Source: Candidatus Poribacteria bacterium (GTDB taxonomy: Bacteria > Poribacteria > WGA-4E > UBA9662). Taken from it: 40,559 nt of DNA. The notes beneath the pieces are model-generated. The model was not told where the DNA came from and ran no database searches. It was given only the letters and a program-made list of their open reading frames with translations. Of the stretch, positions 27,452 through 37,101 are shown in pieces (position 1 is the stretch's first letter; the number at the start of each line of letters is the position of its first letter). Position numbers and translations under genes: made by a program. The stretch spans positions 1 through 40,559 of the forward strand of contig JAYGDX010000145.1 in the NCBI GenBank assembly GCA_046582655.1, given 5' to 3'.

Positions 27452-28625
27452 GAGTGCCATTAATCTCAATTTTTACTGGTGCCAGAAATTCACGGACCGT
27501 GTTTAGATCAACCTTCACTCCGATCCCTGGTTGATCGGTCAACCTCACCTGTCCGTCAGATCCAACTTCCAACTTTTCGGTTGTCAACCTCTGTGACAGT
27601 TCTGATCCATCTGCCGGATATTCAAGCAGATTAAAATCTTCGTTAGTCGCAAAAACATGAAGTGAAGCGGCAAGACTCAAGTGGCTTTTGAAGGTATGAT
27701 TCACATATTGAACTTCTTGTTGTTCAGCCAGTTGACGAATTCTTGCCGCAGTTGTGATCCCAGATACACGCCCGACATCAATCTGTACATAATCGATTCT
27801 ACCGTGTAGGATTAAATCCTCAGCCATACGAAAGGTGGCAGATCCTTCCCCCGCAGCAATCGGAACGGGTGGATTCAGGGCTGAAAGTGTCCCGTATGCC
27901 TCAATAGCTTCTGGAGCTAATGGTTCCTCCAGCCAAGTAGGCGAAAACTGGGAGAATGCCTTGGCTCGATCATATACTGTCTTGTAATCAGATCCCCAGA
28001 CGACACCAGCGTCGATCATAATCTGTGCTGATTTCCCCATGCCTTCTCTAGCAGATTCAACTAACTCAATATCGTATTGTTCATCAAACTTTCCCATTGG
28101 CCCCCATCCAAATTTGGCCGCCTTGAAGCCTTGGCTTTTCAAACGAGTTGCTATTTGAAAAGTGGTCTCCGGTGTGTCACCGAAAAGCACAGAAGCATAA
28201 GGAATCTTTGGGTAACCGATACCATCTGATAAAAATCTAAACTGATCTTCAAGTAACTGGTAAACCGGTCTCTTAAGTTTCTGTCCAACAATATCCCAGA
28301 GCGCAATATCGGTACCGCTATAGGCGTGATCAATCTGTTGGATATCCAATGCGTTCCGCAAAACTTTTTTGTGCAATCGAAGGATATCGTCAGATCCGCC
28401 AAGGACTTCCCCTATGAGTGATTGACGAATATTGATGATGTTTCCATGTGACATCGGGCAACAATAAGTTGCGAGCGAAACCAGCGGTGAGGCATCGCAT
28501 TCGCCCCATCCTTCTATACCCTCATCCGTTCGAACACGAACAGCTAGCGTGTCTTGAGTGCCGTCAGCATCAGTGGTAATATCAGGCATCTTAAGATAAA
28601 AGGGATCAACAGCTACAATTTTCAT
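27426..28625 (-). CDS. Enolase superfamily enzyme, mandelate racemase subgroup (acid-sugar dehydratase-like)
   Basis: TDEGIEGWGE, DIALWD, PYAS, AAKFGW, DAG, WLEEP, AAGE, Q.D, NH and LLEY motifs. Confidence 0.88.
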   Translation of the reverse strand: MKIVAVDPFYLKMPDITTDADGTQDTLAVRVRTDEGIEGWGECDASPLVSLATYCCPMSHGNIINIRQSLIGEVLGGSDDILRLHKKVLRNALDIQQIDHAYSGTDIALWDIVGQKLKRPVYQLLEDQFRFLSDGIGYPKIPYASVLFGDTPETTFQIATRLKSQGFKAAKFGWGPMGKFDEQYDIELVESAREGMGKSAQIMIDAGVVWGSDYKTVYDRAKAFSQFSPTWLEEPLAPEAIEAYGTLSALNPPVPIAAGEGSATFRMAEDLILHGRIDYVQIDVGRVSGITTAARIRQLAEQQEVQYVNHTFKSHLSLAASLHVFATNEDFNLLEYPADGSELSQRLTTEKLEVGSDGQVRLTDQPGIGVKVDLNTVREFLAPVKIEINGTPIFDQSVL

Positions 28626-28642
28626 TTTTTATCCTAATTAAG

Positions 28643-30694
28643 CTATCGCGCCACTGCGAATTTACCAAACTTCTGAACTAATTCTGCTCTTTTTTGCACC
28701 TGAATCATATACACATAAATTCCATTTGCAAACTGATTGACACTCACTTCAAATCGGTTAGAGCCAATAACATCCCTGTGTTCATCGGTATAAACTAAGC
28801 TCGTATCGATGGTATATATCTCTAGATCTACCTTTTCAGCAAACTGCAAATTGCGGCTAGGAATAACATAATTAAAAGTAATCCGATCTAATCCATAAAC
28901 CGGATTGGGATAAACTCTGACATTATCGAGTACTAGTGAATTGGGTATCGACTCTGCATTACTGACTCGCAAACGGTAAGAATTAAATTGATCAAACCCA
29001 TGTTTTGGTCTAACAACAACATAGATTTTCCTTTCTGATTTAGTACGATAACCAATAAGTTTTGTGTCGCCAGTTCGTTCTCCTTGCTTAATTTCAAACC
29101 CCTCTTCGTTTCGCAGCGAAAGCTGGTAATCTAAGCTATCTGGTATGTTAGACAGTTCTATAATGATGAATTTTGGTCCGGCAACATCTATACGATAAAA
29201 ATCGACATCGTCAGTGGCAGAAATGAACGACTCATATGATTGATCCAATTCAATCTTGTAGGCTGAGGACAGATTATTATTCGGTTCATATGTATCTCCA
29301 AACCAGACATCAAGGGTCATAATCTGACCTTCTTGACTGATATTAGTGATCGAAATTCCAGTAGCTGATCCATCCTCGGTACTGCTACTTGGTTTCGTTG
29401 ACGGTGTAAATGACGTTTCGTTATCATCAGTTGAAAAGGCCGCACCGACTGTGATGTGTTGATAATCTTGGTGATCCGGATCATTAGGGTCCTCAAGCCA
29501 AATTTGGCCGGCGGCATCAATGCTATAATTTGGCCTGACTTGTGTTTCGTCGACATGCCAAATCAAAATCCCTGATTCTGGCAATTTGCGATCGTAGATT
29601 GCACCAGATTGGCGAAATCTATTTTCAATTAAAAAATACTCATCTTTACTAGATGTATCGATTTTGAACATAACGTCATTCAGCTCAAAGTTAGGAACTT
29701 CAAGCCTAGGAGTATTCTTTTTCAATGTTATCGGCTCCAGCCAACCAAGTTGACCATTGTCAGGATTCGCATCGAAATCCCATTTCAGATAGCCAATAAT
29801 ATGGCTCGGATTCAGACCGTTTCCCAGGCCATTGACTAAATCTCCTTGATATGGACCGAACATTCCCATTAATCCCCACTTATGATCTCGTTGATCAACC
29901 ATGGTAGAACCATAAACATCAGGCGCTCCGAAATCGTGAAAGAATTCATGAAAATAGATCCCCAAATGCGGATGGTCAAAACTGGGTTCTTCTGCTACCA
30001 CGATGGCCGATTCTACAAGAACTCCATCAAACCTTCTGTTGACAGGACGCAACAGGATGGACCAGATATTATCCCCGAAAGTTCCCGTTGATGTGGAAGC
30101 TTCATCATCACCTGCATGAATCAGAAAAACATGGTCGACAATCCCGTCGTCGTTTCGGTCGTACTCGCTAAAATCAACAAATGGGTCAACACCCTGACAA
30201 GCCTCAACCAACAACTCAAGATAAAGATTTTTGTTAATTTTCCCTTGGCCATAATATCCCATCTTTTTCTTGGCGCGAACCCACTGATTCCCTTTCGGTA
30301 CAACTCCCTCCATGGGGCCCGATTCAATGTTCATTTTTCCGTATGAAACTTCGCGGTAATAAGTTTTTAGTGAAATCCCGTCATCAGAAAACAGGTATCG
30401 GTCAAAATCAGTGTTGGATCTTTGACCTGGCTGATCAGGAAAATCGATCTTAATTCCCAGAACGTATTCGGTGCCATCAGCTTGCAGAACACCAGTTCTG
30501 CGAGTATCACAGCATCCCTGAAGGGCGTGTTGGAACTCTGAGTGGGATTGGTCTGACCTAGGAAGGAATTGGTCATGTCCCGGATTGTATTGGTAAAAGT
30601 TGTATGGATTGGGTGGGGTAGCTATCCCAATATGGATCAAGGAAAAAAGGGCAATGGAAGACAGGAGGAAATTACGGCAGGTAAAAATTTTCAT
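28643..30694 (-). CDS. Secreted M6-family (immune inhibitor A-like) metalloprotease with PPC-like and C-terminal sorting-like domain
   Basis: Signal peptide, YYREVSYG, VDFSEYD, HAG, HEFFHDFG zincin motif, EYFLIENR, GILIWHVD, DTYEPNN...DDVDFY, VYPNPV...GIYVY. Confidence 0.9.
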   Translation of the reverse strand: MKIFTCRNFLLSSIALFSLIHIGIATPPNPYNFYQYNPGHDQFLPRSDQSHSEFQHALQGCCDTRRTGVLQADGTEYVLGIKIDFPDQPGQRSNTDFDRYLFSDDGISLKTYYREVSYGKMNIESGPMEGVVPKGNQWVRAKKKMGYYGQGKINKNLYLELLVEACQGVDPFVDFSEYDRNDDGIVDHVFLIHAGDDEASTSTGTFGDNIWSILLRPVNRRFDGVLVESAIVVAEEPSFDHPHLGIYFHEFFHDFGAPDVYGSTMVDQRDHKWGLMGMFGPYQGDLVNGLGNGLNPSHIIGYLKWDFDANPDNGQLGWLEPITLKKNTPRLEVPNFELNDVMFKIDTSSKDEYFLIENRFRQSGAIYDRKLPESGILIWHVDETQVRPNYSIDAAGQIWLEDPNDPDHQDYQHITVGAAFSTDDNETSFTPSTKPSSSTEDGSATGISITNISQEGQIMTLDVWFGDTYEPNNNLSSAYKIELDQSYESFISATDDVDFYRIDVAGPKFIIIELSNIPDSLDYQLSLRNEEGFEIKQGERTGDTKLIGYRTKSERKIYVVVRPKHGFDQFNSYRLRVSNAESIPNSLVLDNVRVYPNPVYGLDRITFNYVIPSRNLQFAEKVDLEIYTIDTSLVYTDEHRDVIGSNRFEVSVNQFANGIYVYMIQVQKRAELVQKFGKFAVAR

Positions 30695-30758
30695 CCGACA
30701 ACACAGAAAATTTCAAAATCAATTAGAACCATGTTAGAGATAGTAATAAGCCATCAGT

Positions 30759-31850
30759 TTAATTCGGGGGGGCTCCCCAATCTGGTATCTTTAGCAATTC
30801 GCCATCTTTTAGAGCTGATTCATGGGCGACAAATCCAGGTGCACAATATCGAACGGCCCGCCAAACGTTGATTCGTGGTAGCCGTTCTCTATTTACCGAA
30901 TCGACAAATTCATTAACCAGATAAGCATGCGACCCACCATGTCCACCTAAATCTAAGGCCAACATTTCTGGTAATGGTTCATGGTGTTTTGTCAGTATTA
31001 CGCCTTCTATGCCGTTTTTGTTCGCCCACATGGCCCCTGATGCATTCTGCTCAAAACTCGCTTCAGTACCATATATAGCACTAACCCGTTCGGTTTCCGG
31101 GTGTCCAATTCGTCTGAACTCGGCAGTTCGGGCAGTCGCACCGTTGCTCATGGCAAAGAGACCAATTTGATTGGAGAACCGATTCTCAGAAATAGTGTCT
31201 GGGCGAAACCAGTCATCATTTGGATAGACATACCCCTGCGCAGAAACAGAAGTCATATGCGCTTTCATAACAGAGATTGGGAAGCAAGTGGAATGGGTCG
31301 GATAATACATGGGTATGCCTCCAGTTTTGTCACGACTCCACTGATCACCCCATCGATTTTTGGCTACCTCGTACAAGCCGTGGCTGATATCGTGAAAGTA
31401 CTCTGACTGAAAGTGAATAAACTCACCAAAAGCATCCTCTTCTGCTTTTTTACGGCAAAACACGGCATCGGGCCGAAAAAAACTGGTTTCACCGTTCATA
31501 TAAATTAGGCCGGTTTGTTTTACTGTTTCAACCAGATTATGACACTCATCCAAGGAGCGCGCTGCCGGAACTGCAGTGTAAACGTGCTTTCCTGCTCTCA
31601 TCGCTTGCACAGCTTGAGGGGCATGCATCCAATGCTGGGTAAAGATGGCCAAAGCATCAAGATCCGACTTGCAGATATCATCAAGACTCGAATATGTCTC
31701 GCTAATTTGGTGTGCCTTCGAGCAACGTGATAATCGATCAGGCTTTAAATCGCACAGCGCCAGTCGATCTACATCTGGATGTACTTTGAATAACTTAATG
31801 AATTGTGGACCGAAACTGCCAACACCAATAATTCCTACGCTGATCCCCAT
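30759..31850 (-). CDS. Gfo/Idh/MocA family oxidoreductase
   Basis: GVGSFG Rossmann motif, HAPQ...GKHV..AVP, YM.GET, YPTHS, GGHGGSH. Confidence 0.9.
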   Translation of the reverse strand: MGISVGIIGVGSFGPQFIKLFKVHPDVDRLALCDLKPDRLSRCSKAHQISETYSSLDDICKSDLDALAIFTQHWMHAPQAVQAMRAGKHVYTAVPAARSLDECHNLVETVKQTGLIYMNGETSFFRPDAVFCRKKAEEDAFGEFIHFQSEYFHDISHGLYEVAKNRWGDQWSRDKTGGIPMYYPTHSTCFPISVMKAHMTSVSAQGYVYPNDDWFRPDTISENRFSNQIGLFAMSNGATARTAEFRRIGHPETERVSAIYGTEASFEQNASGAMWANKNGIEGVILTKHHEPLPEMLALDLGGHGGSHAYLVNEFVDSVNRERLPRINVWRAVRYCAPGFVAHESALKDGELLKIPDWGAPPN

Positions 31851-31856
31851 TTCCCC

Positions 31857-32225
31857 CTAACCTTCTGACGAATCCTCAGTGTCAGTTTCTGGGTCGATAG
31901 TCGTCTCAGGCGCATCACTTTCCGTACTCGACTCAGTGCTGGCAGAGTTTTGTACCGCACGAACGTAGGTCATCTTCAAACTATAGAGCGTATTATCCAA
32001 AAAATTGCTTTCTGGTGTGGACAGATTGCCTTTTGTCTTTTCCTTGAGCAGATCAATTGTGTCAATCATCCGCTTGGCCAGTTGCGAATTAAAGATTGGT
32101 TCCTGAGTTTCAGGATCTTGCATTCCTCCAAGATAGGCCATAGTCGTGGTCGAGTATTCAGTAATCAAAGTCTCAAAATCCAGTGGTGGAAATTCAGGTG
32201 ATTCGTTCTTTTTCTCTTCAGCCAT
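31857..32225 (-). CDS. DUF1844 family protein
   Basis: F..LI......A...LG...P......LAK..ID....L.EKTKGNL...E...L...L..L...YV pattern; acidic tail. Confidence 0.85.
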   Translation of the reverse strand: MAEEKKNESPEFPPLDFETLITEYSTTTMAYLGGMQDPETQEPIFNSQLAKRMIDTIDLLKEKTKGNLSTPESNFLDNTLYSLKMTYVRAVQNSASTESSTESDAPETTIDPETDTEDSSEG

Positions 32226-32242
32226 TGAAATCTCCTGTTAAT

Positions 32243-32620
32243 TTATGATTCTTCTTCATCAAATACGATAATTTGTGCTGGCAACTGTCCAGCTTGATTA
32301 TTGTGTGCCGGATTTTCATTCATAGCAAGAAATATAACGCCGTCTGCGGGAGCACCATCGTCATAACGTGATCCAATAGCAAAAATGGTATCTTCAATCT
32401 TTCCGATTAGAGCCCCAACATTTGTACCTGGAAGCAGAAAATCCTCACTGGCAATAACGCTTGGAATGCCGTCTGCGCCACACCATACGGTACGGTTTCG
32501 AGCATCCGGCGACCATGGACCGTCAGCATCAATTACCATTCGTTGCCCTTTTTTGACCCGAACATAACTTTCCTGCCAAACAGGACTGGGTCGTACGATC
32601 CGGGTAACTGTTAAAGCCAT
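32243..32620 (-). CDS. LecA/PA-IL-like lectin-fold protein
   Basis: WQ.S.V.V..G....I.A.G.W, GALIGKI, F.IG, G..FLA.N and NN.G motifs. Start at ATG 32620 or 32626. Confidence 0.65.
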   Translation of the reverse strand: MALTVTRIVRPSPVWQESYVRVKKGQRMVIDADGPWSPDARNRTVWCGADGIPSVIASEDFLLPGTNVGALIGKIEDTIFAIGSRYDDGAPADGVIFLAMNENPAHNNQAGQLPAQIIVFDEEES

Positions 32621-32666
32621 ACACATAACCCCTTAACTTAAAGAAATATATAAACCTATAAATAAC

Positions 32667-32713
32667 TCTACCGCTGCTATCGTGACATTCCATCCCACAA
32701 TAGCAGCGGTAGA
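32667..32713 (-). terminator. Strong hairpin, probable intrinsic terminator after the cyclophilin pair
   Basis: Perfect 14-bp inverted repeat TCTACCGCTGCTAT / ATAGCAGCGGTAGA; on the minus strand followed by U-rich GTTATTTAT. Confidence 0.65.
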
Positions 32714-32756
32714 AATTAAAAGCCTAGACGTACTTCCATTATATAAAAAGTTACAG

Positions 32757-33353
32757 CTAATCTTCAGTACGGAGGGTGGCCAGTGTGATCTTATCACCTT
32801 GTACGATTTTATCCGCAACACCCATACCCTTCACAACTGTTCCGAAGACTGAGTATTCTTCATCTAGCACTAGTTCTGTCAAGCAAATGTAAAAGTCAGT
32901 GGCACTGGAGACAGAAGCACCAGCCTCCTTTGCCATGGCTACTGTGCCTCTAACATGCTTACGATCACTGCTTTCTATAGGTAGTTCCTCTGTCTGAAAG
33001 ACCGGCGCGCCGGCTTGAATCAACAACTTTGGTTCGACACGATAAAACTTGGCTTGGTTGTATCTCCTCCCTTTTACCTTTTTAGCAAAGTTCTCAACCG
33101 TTTTAGGAGCAATATCATATAACAGATCAATTTCAATTGTGCCTTTTTCGGTTTCCAGAACTGCAATTGTTTTGTTGTAATCAATTTTGGGTTCTTCTTT
33201 CTCTGCTACCTGACCTTGTCCGCTGCTTTGGGATCGGACTCTAGGTCGCGGTGGCGGTTTTTCTTCCTCTTTTTGGCAACTACAAAAAAGGAAACTAGTT
33301 AACATAAGACAGGACACAGCTAGACAAAACCGGTATTTCTGTAACTGTAACAT
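32757..33353 (-). CDS. Cyclophilin-type PPIase lipoprotein, divergent active site
   Basis: Lipobox-like FCSC; LETEKGTI, APKTVENF, FYRV, HVRGTVAMA, FYI, YSVFG.V..GM. Confidence 0.85.
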   Translation of the reverse strand: MLQLQKYRFCLAVSCLMLTSFLFCSCQKEEEKPPPRPRVRSQSSGQGQVAEKEEPKIDYNKTIAVLETEKGTIEIDLLYDIAPKTVENFAKKVKGRRYNQAKFYRVEPKLLIQAGAPVFQTEELPIESSDRKHVRGTVAMAKEAGASVSSATDFYICLTELVLDEEYSVFGTVVKGMGVADKIVQGDKITLATLRTED

Positions 33354-33354
33354 C

Positions 33355-33918
33355 TTATTTTTCCTCCAAACGTACGGTTTCCATTACATCATCTTGGCGT
33401 AGTTCATCCACCACCTCAATACCTTCGATGACGCGCCCAAAAGATGTATAGCTTCCATCAAGGTGTGACGCCGTAGCCAAACAGATGTAGAATTGACTCC
33501 CAGCAGAATCGGGATCTTGAGACCGAGCCATTGCAAGAACTCCCTTACGATGTTTCGGCATTTTTTGACTAAGTTCCAAATTTTGGAATTCACCGGGGAT
33601 TGACCATCCTGGCCCTCCAGTACCAGTTCCGAGCGGACAACCACCTTGGATGACAAAATCTGAAACATAACGATGGAATGTAAGTCCATCATAAAATTTT
33701 TGATTAATTAACTTTTCGAAATTAGCAACAGTTTCCGGTGCGGCTTCGGGATAAAGCCCTAATTTTATGATTCCTTTGTTCGTTGAAATGACAACTATCT
33801 CTTCACTCTTCTCTTCAACCACTTCACTCGAGACTGCCATTTCAGATTTACCTTTCAATAAAGAACAACCATGAACAGCTATTATCAAAACTAATAAACT
33901 AATGATTTTATACTTCAT
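33355..33918 (-). CDS. Cyclophilin-type peptidyl-prolyl cis-trans isomerase lipoprotein
   Basis: Lipobox VHGC; FYDGLTFHR, FVIQGG, GTGGPG, AMARSQDPDSAGSQFYI, HLDGSYT.FG. Start taken as MKYKII after AAGGA. Confidence 0.93.
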   Translation of the reverse strand: MKYKIISLLVLIIAVHGCSLLKGKSEMAVSSEVVEEKSEEIVVISTNKGIIKLGLYPEAAPETVANFEKLINQKFYDGLTFHRYVSDFVIQGGCPLGTGTGGPGWSIPGEFQNLELSQKMPKHRKGVLAMARSQDPDSAGSQFYICLATASHLDGSYTSFGRVIEGIEVVDELRQDDVMETVRLEEK

Positions 33919-34065
33919 TATGATGGGTTCCTTAACACTTCCATAATTATCAGACATAGTATCAAATTTTTAACACCTAAACAAGAATTTTATCAATCTA
34001 GATAAAAGAAACGAGAAAACAGGATACAGTAATTGACATTTAATTCACCAAATCAAACAAAAAGT

Positions 34066-35073
34066 TCAGTCTTTGAACCACTGCTCGAACCATGCCAGTA
34101 CCGGATCTAGGTGAAATTCGTGCCCTCCTTCAAAAACATCCAGTGTGACAAAATTTGCAACATCAAGCATCTGATAAAGTTCTAACAATTCGGTATATGC
34201 TTCCATCGCGTCTTCAACCAGAAAACTGGGATCAAGGTTACCTGCCTGAATCATCAGCGGATTAGGCGCAATCAGTGAAGCGATGTCGACATGTTCAAAA
34301 TCGCGTGCCATTTTCGGCACGTAACCGCAGGTACAATGCGCTTCCTTGAGAAAAGTGCCTTTAAACGAAGTAAGAAAACAAGCCACACAAGCGACCTTAA
34401 TTCGTGGATCACAGGCCGCAAGATAAAGTGTCATTTCTCCACCTAGACTCAGACCAGCGCAACCGATTCGATCCGGATCAACTTGTGGAAGCGACTCCAG
34501 TAGATCTAGCGAGCGCTGAAGTTCCCACATGCGGTATCCGATTACGGTCGATCCCAGCAGATTAAGCGCTTCATGATCAAAACTGCATTCACCTTGACCA
34601 GATGTCGATCTTTCCCCAAAACTGATATGTTCCGGAACCAAGGTAATATACCCCGCTTCAGCAAAAACATGCGGATATTTATGATAGGCACCTTCTTCAT
34701 CAATGACTTGGTTAATACCGCTACCATGCCCTGGTGGACAAAGTAGAGTTGGCGACGGAGAGGAACAATTCTCAGGTATGAAAAGGTAGGCAGGAACAAT
34801 CAGTTCGGGTAAGGTCTGATACTGGATTTTCTTCACCGTATAATTGTCGTACTTGACTTCCTTTATGATCCGCATTTCAGGTGTTTCTACCGGCAGATGA
34901 TCAATCGACAAAAGCTCTAATACACGCTGTTGTGCGCTCTTTTTCCATTCCACAAATGATTCAGGTGTATTTCCACAGAATTTCATCTGACGAGAGTGTT
35001 CAGCATAAAATCCCTTCAAATACTTACGAAACGCATTTTTGATGAGATCAGGATCAAACTCAGTTGCTGGCAT
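34066..35073 (-). CDS. Alpha/beta hydrolase (dienelactone hydrolase / acetyl esterase-like)
   Basis: PAYL..P, PGHG, FGER, GLSLGG nucleophile, HCTCGYVP, D, GGHEF. Confidence 0.88.
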   Translation of the reverse strand: MPATEFDPDLIKNAFRKYLKGFYAEHSRQMKFCGNTPESFVEWKKSAQQRVLELLSIDHLPVETPEMRIIKEVKYDNYTVKKIQYQTLPELIVPAYLFIPENCSSPSPTLLCPPGHGSGINQVIDEEGAYHKYPHVFAEAGYITLVPEHISFGERSTSGQGECSFDHEALNLLGSTVIGYRMWELQRSLDLLESLPQVDPDRIGCAGLSLGGEMTLYLAACDPRIKVACVACFLTSFKGTFLKEAHCTCGYVPKMARDFEHVDIASLIAPNPLMIQAGNLDPSFLVEDAMEAYTELLELYQMLDVANFVTLDVFEGGHEFHLDPVLAWFEQWFKD

Positions 35074-35115
35074 ACATACTTCTCCTTTTTCCTTTTTAAT
35101 CTGGCATTTAGAGTG

Positions 35116-37038
35116 TCAATGCCAGAAAACGTAAACTGGTATCTGCATTATTAAACCGATAATTGTCCATCCGCCACCAATGACAAATTCACCCAATATT
35201 AAACCGAGAAAAAACGGAGTGAGACGGCGGTACATGCTTAAACCACCATGTTTTAGAATCAACCATTTTGCTAGCCAACTTATGAAGATTGAAAACCAAA
35301 GCCAACTTAAAGTGAAGGAGCTACCGAGAGGGTAGGCAACTGGATGGAATGGTAACCAAATCCACCGCAATCGCAATGCCATCAGAACTAAGGTCAGTAA
35401 AAACCCAATCAGCATAAACGCAGTGCCAGGTATATCTGTACCTGTTGGATGACTAATCCAATTTTCTAACCGTTGTAGCGATTCCCCTCCCCATCGCGCA
35501 CGTAGCGCTCCCATTCTATAAGAAGTGTCAAGCAAGATCCAGAAAGATACAAAAGCACCTACAATAGTAGCTAACATCATCGCCCATATTAGACGGCCTG
35601 TCGGTTGAGATGATGTACCAGACGCCAGCTTGAATCCTTCAAGTTGATGGGGCATCATATGTCCCCGCTGTGCGCGTGTAAATCCCCAGAACAAGGATAT
35701 TACGCTCAAAGTCGACATGCCAAGCCGTTTGGGACCAAGTGAGGTGAGCATGATGGCGTCTGGCCCTCGCCAGTACAGTTCGTGTGCTGGATGCCCAAGT
35801 TCAGCCCGCATGCGTGTAACGGTTATGGAAAGCAGGAAAAAGATACCGAAGAAGAGAACAGCCGCCCAAGCCAACATACCCGCCTGACAAGATAAAATAA
35901 TCAGCAGTAGCATCCCACTTATCAGGCCGATGATGGAGGTAATGTATGACATTGGTTCGGTGACATCGATTCGGTGATTCCGGAAGAAGACAGATTTGAC
36001 TATCGCTTTCACGTGGAATCTACTCAGCCAGAGAGCGAGAACGCCAATACACAGATAGGATCCAGACGACTGGGCTTCTTTGTAAGGGAAGTTGGGAAGG
36101 CTCTGCCAGCCCGCAATACTTCCCAGAACATTTTGTCCTTTCCAGAATAAAAAGAAGAACCAGCATGAGAATGAAAGATCTAACGGAATGAAGAAAGCAA
36201 GTCCGATGGCAAAGGGAAAAAAACGAAGGCGCATACGGCCAATGGCATTCCATGGCTTGTGCGCAAAAAGACTGGTAATATCAGCGTAAAACGTGATTTC
36301 TGGCACTGAAGGAAAGATGTAATGGAGACTATTTATCATATTCAGCCCTCCAGCAGTGGCAAAAGCTAACCACAAGATACGACTTCTAAGTAGACCGGAA
36401 TCAGAGGGCTTTATCATTCCAAGCGGAAGCTGAATAACTGGATAAGTTAGCTTTTCATGTTCTGTCCATTGTTTTCGTAATAGACTATTCAGGCAAATCA
36501 TCACGAATCCCATCGCCGTCAGAAATACTGTCCACCCTAGAACTGGTCGTATCCAACCGTTAATATGGTTCAGGGTATGGAAATTTGAATCACCGTGATA
36601 GTATCCTTCTAAAACAACCATATCATCAACTGTTAGCCATCTGGGCAGATGGTGCCAGAAAAGCTGCCGCCATTCATTTTCGGGGGTAGCAAACCAGAAG
36701 GGATGCCCTAGGACCTGAATCAGAACTTGGATTGTATCGAATCCGCCGACCGCTGTAGCCAGCGAAAGCATGGTATAGACGGTAACAAATTCTGCTGGTC
36801 GCAAAGCATATCTGGGAACAACAATTTGTACCACCTTATTCAGCAGAATAAGTACGAACAGTGTAAAGACCACATTATAAAAAAGAGAAAGCGTGGCTGG
36901 AGGCCCGCCCCAAATAAGGCCCCGATGAATTGACCAGTATGCATTCGGTGGGATCAGCAAAAGAGCCAGAACAATACTGCGTCCAGTAACGCCTGATGGT
37001 TGACGCAGCTGAGTTTTAGAATTAAGCGACGTCGTCAT
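35116..37038 (-). CDS. Polytopic membrane protein, DUF6785/DUF6784-like (putative transporter)
   Basis: Many TMs; FATPENEW, RKQW...EKL.YP..QLP, TRMRAELG.P, WLPFHPVAY, PFFLGLILGE motifs. Confidence 0.8.
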   Translation of the reverse strand: MTTSLNSKTQLRQPSGVTGRSIVLALLLIPPNAYWSIHRGLIWGGPPATLSLFYNVVFTLFVLILLNKVVQIVVPRYALRPAEFVTVYTMLSLATAVGGFDTIQVLIQVLGHPFWFATPENEWRQLFWHHLPRWLTVDDMVVLEGYYHGDSNFHTLNHINGWIRPVLGWTVFLTAMGFVMICLNSLLRKQWTEHEKLTYPVIQLPLGMIKPSDSGLLRSRILWLAFATAGGLNMINSLHYIFPSVPEITFYADITSLFAHKPWNAIGRMRLRFFPFAIGLAFFIPLDLSFSCWFFFLFWKGQNVLGSIAGWQSLPNFPYKEAQSSGSYLCIGVLALWLSRFHVKAIVKSVFFRNHRIDVTEPMSYITSIIGLISGMLLLIILSCQAGMLAWAAVLFFGIFFLLSITVTRMRAELGHPAHELYWRGPDAIMLTSLGPKRLGMSTLSVISLFWGFTRAQRGHMMPHQLEGFKLASGTSSQPTGRLIWAMMLATIVGAFVSFWILLDTSYRMGALRARWGGESLQRLENWISHPTGTDIPGTAFMLIGFLLTLVLMALRLRWIWLPFHPVAYPLGSSFTLSWLWFSIFISWLAKWLILKHGGLSMYRRLTPFFLGLILGEFVIGGGWTIIGLIMQIPVYVFWH

Positions 37039-37101
37039 AGGAATAAGGACTCATACTCCAATGCAAAATCCAATTTTGTCTCATATTCAGGAAAGTCGAA
37101 A

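Noticed and set aside
32633..32821. 62-aa minus-strand ORF, and the hairpin under it as a riboswitch, CRISPR repeat or REP
   Set aside because: The ORF overlaps the cyclophilin end and the hairpin. The hairpin is single-copy in the window and best explained as a terminator.
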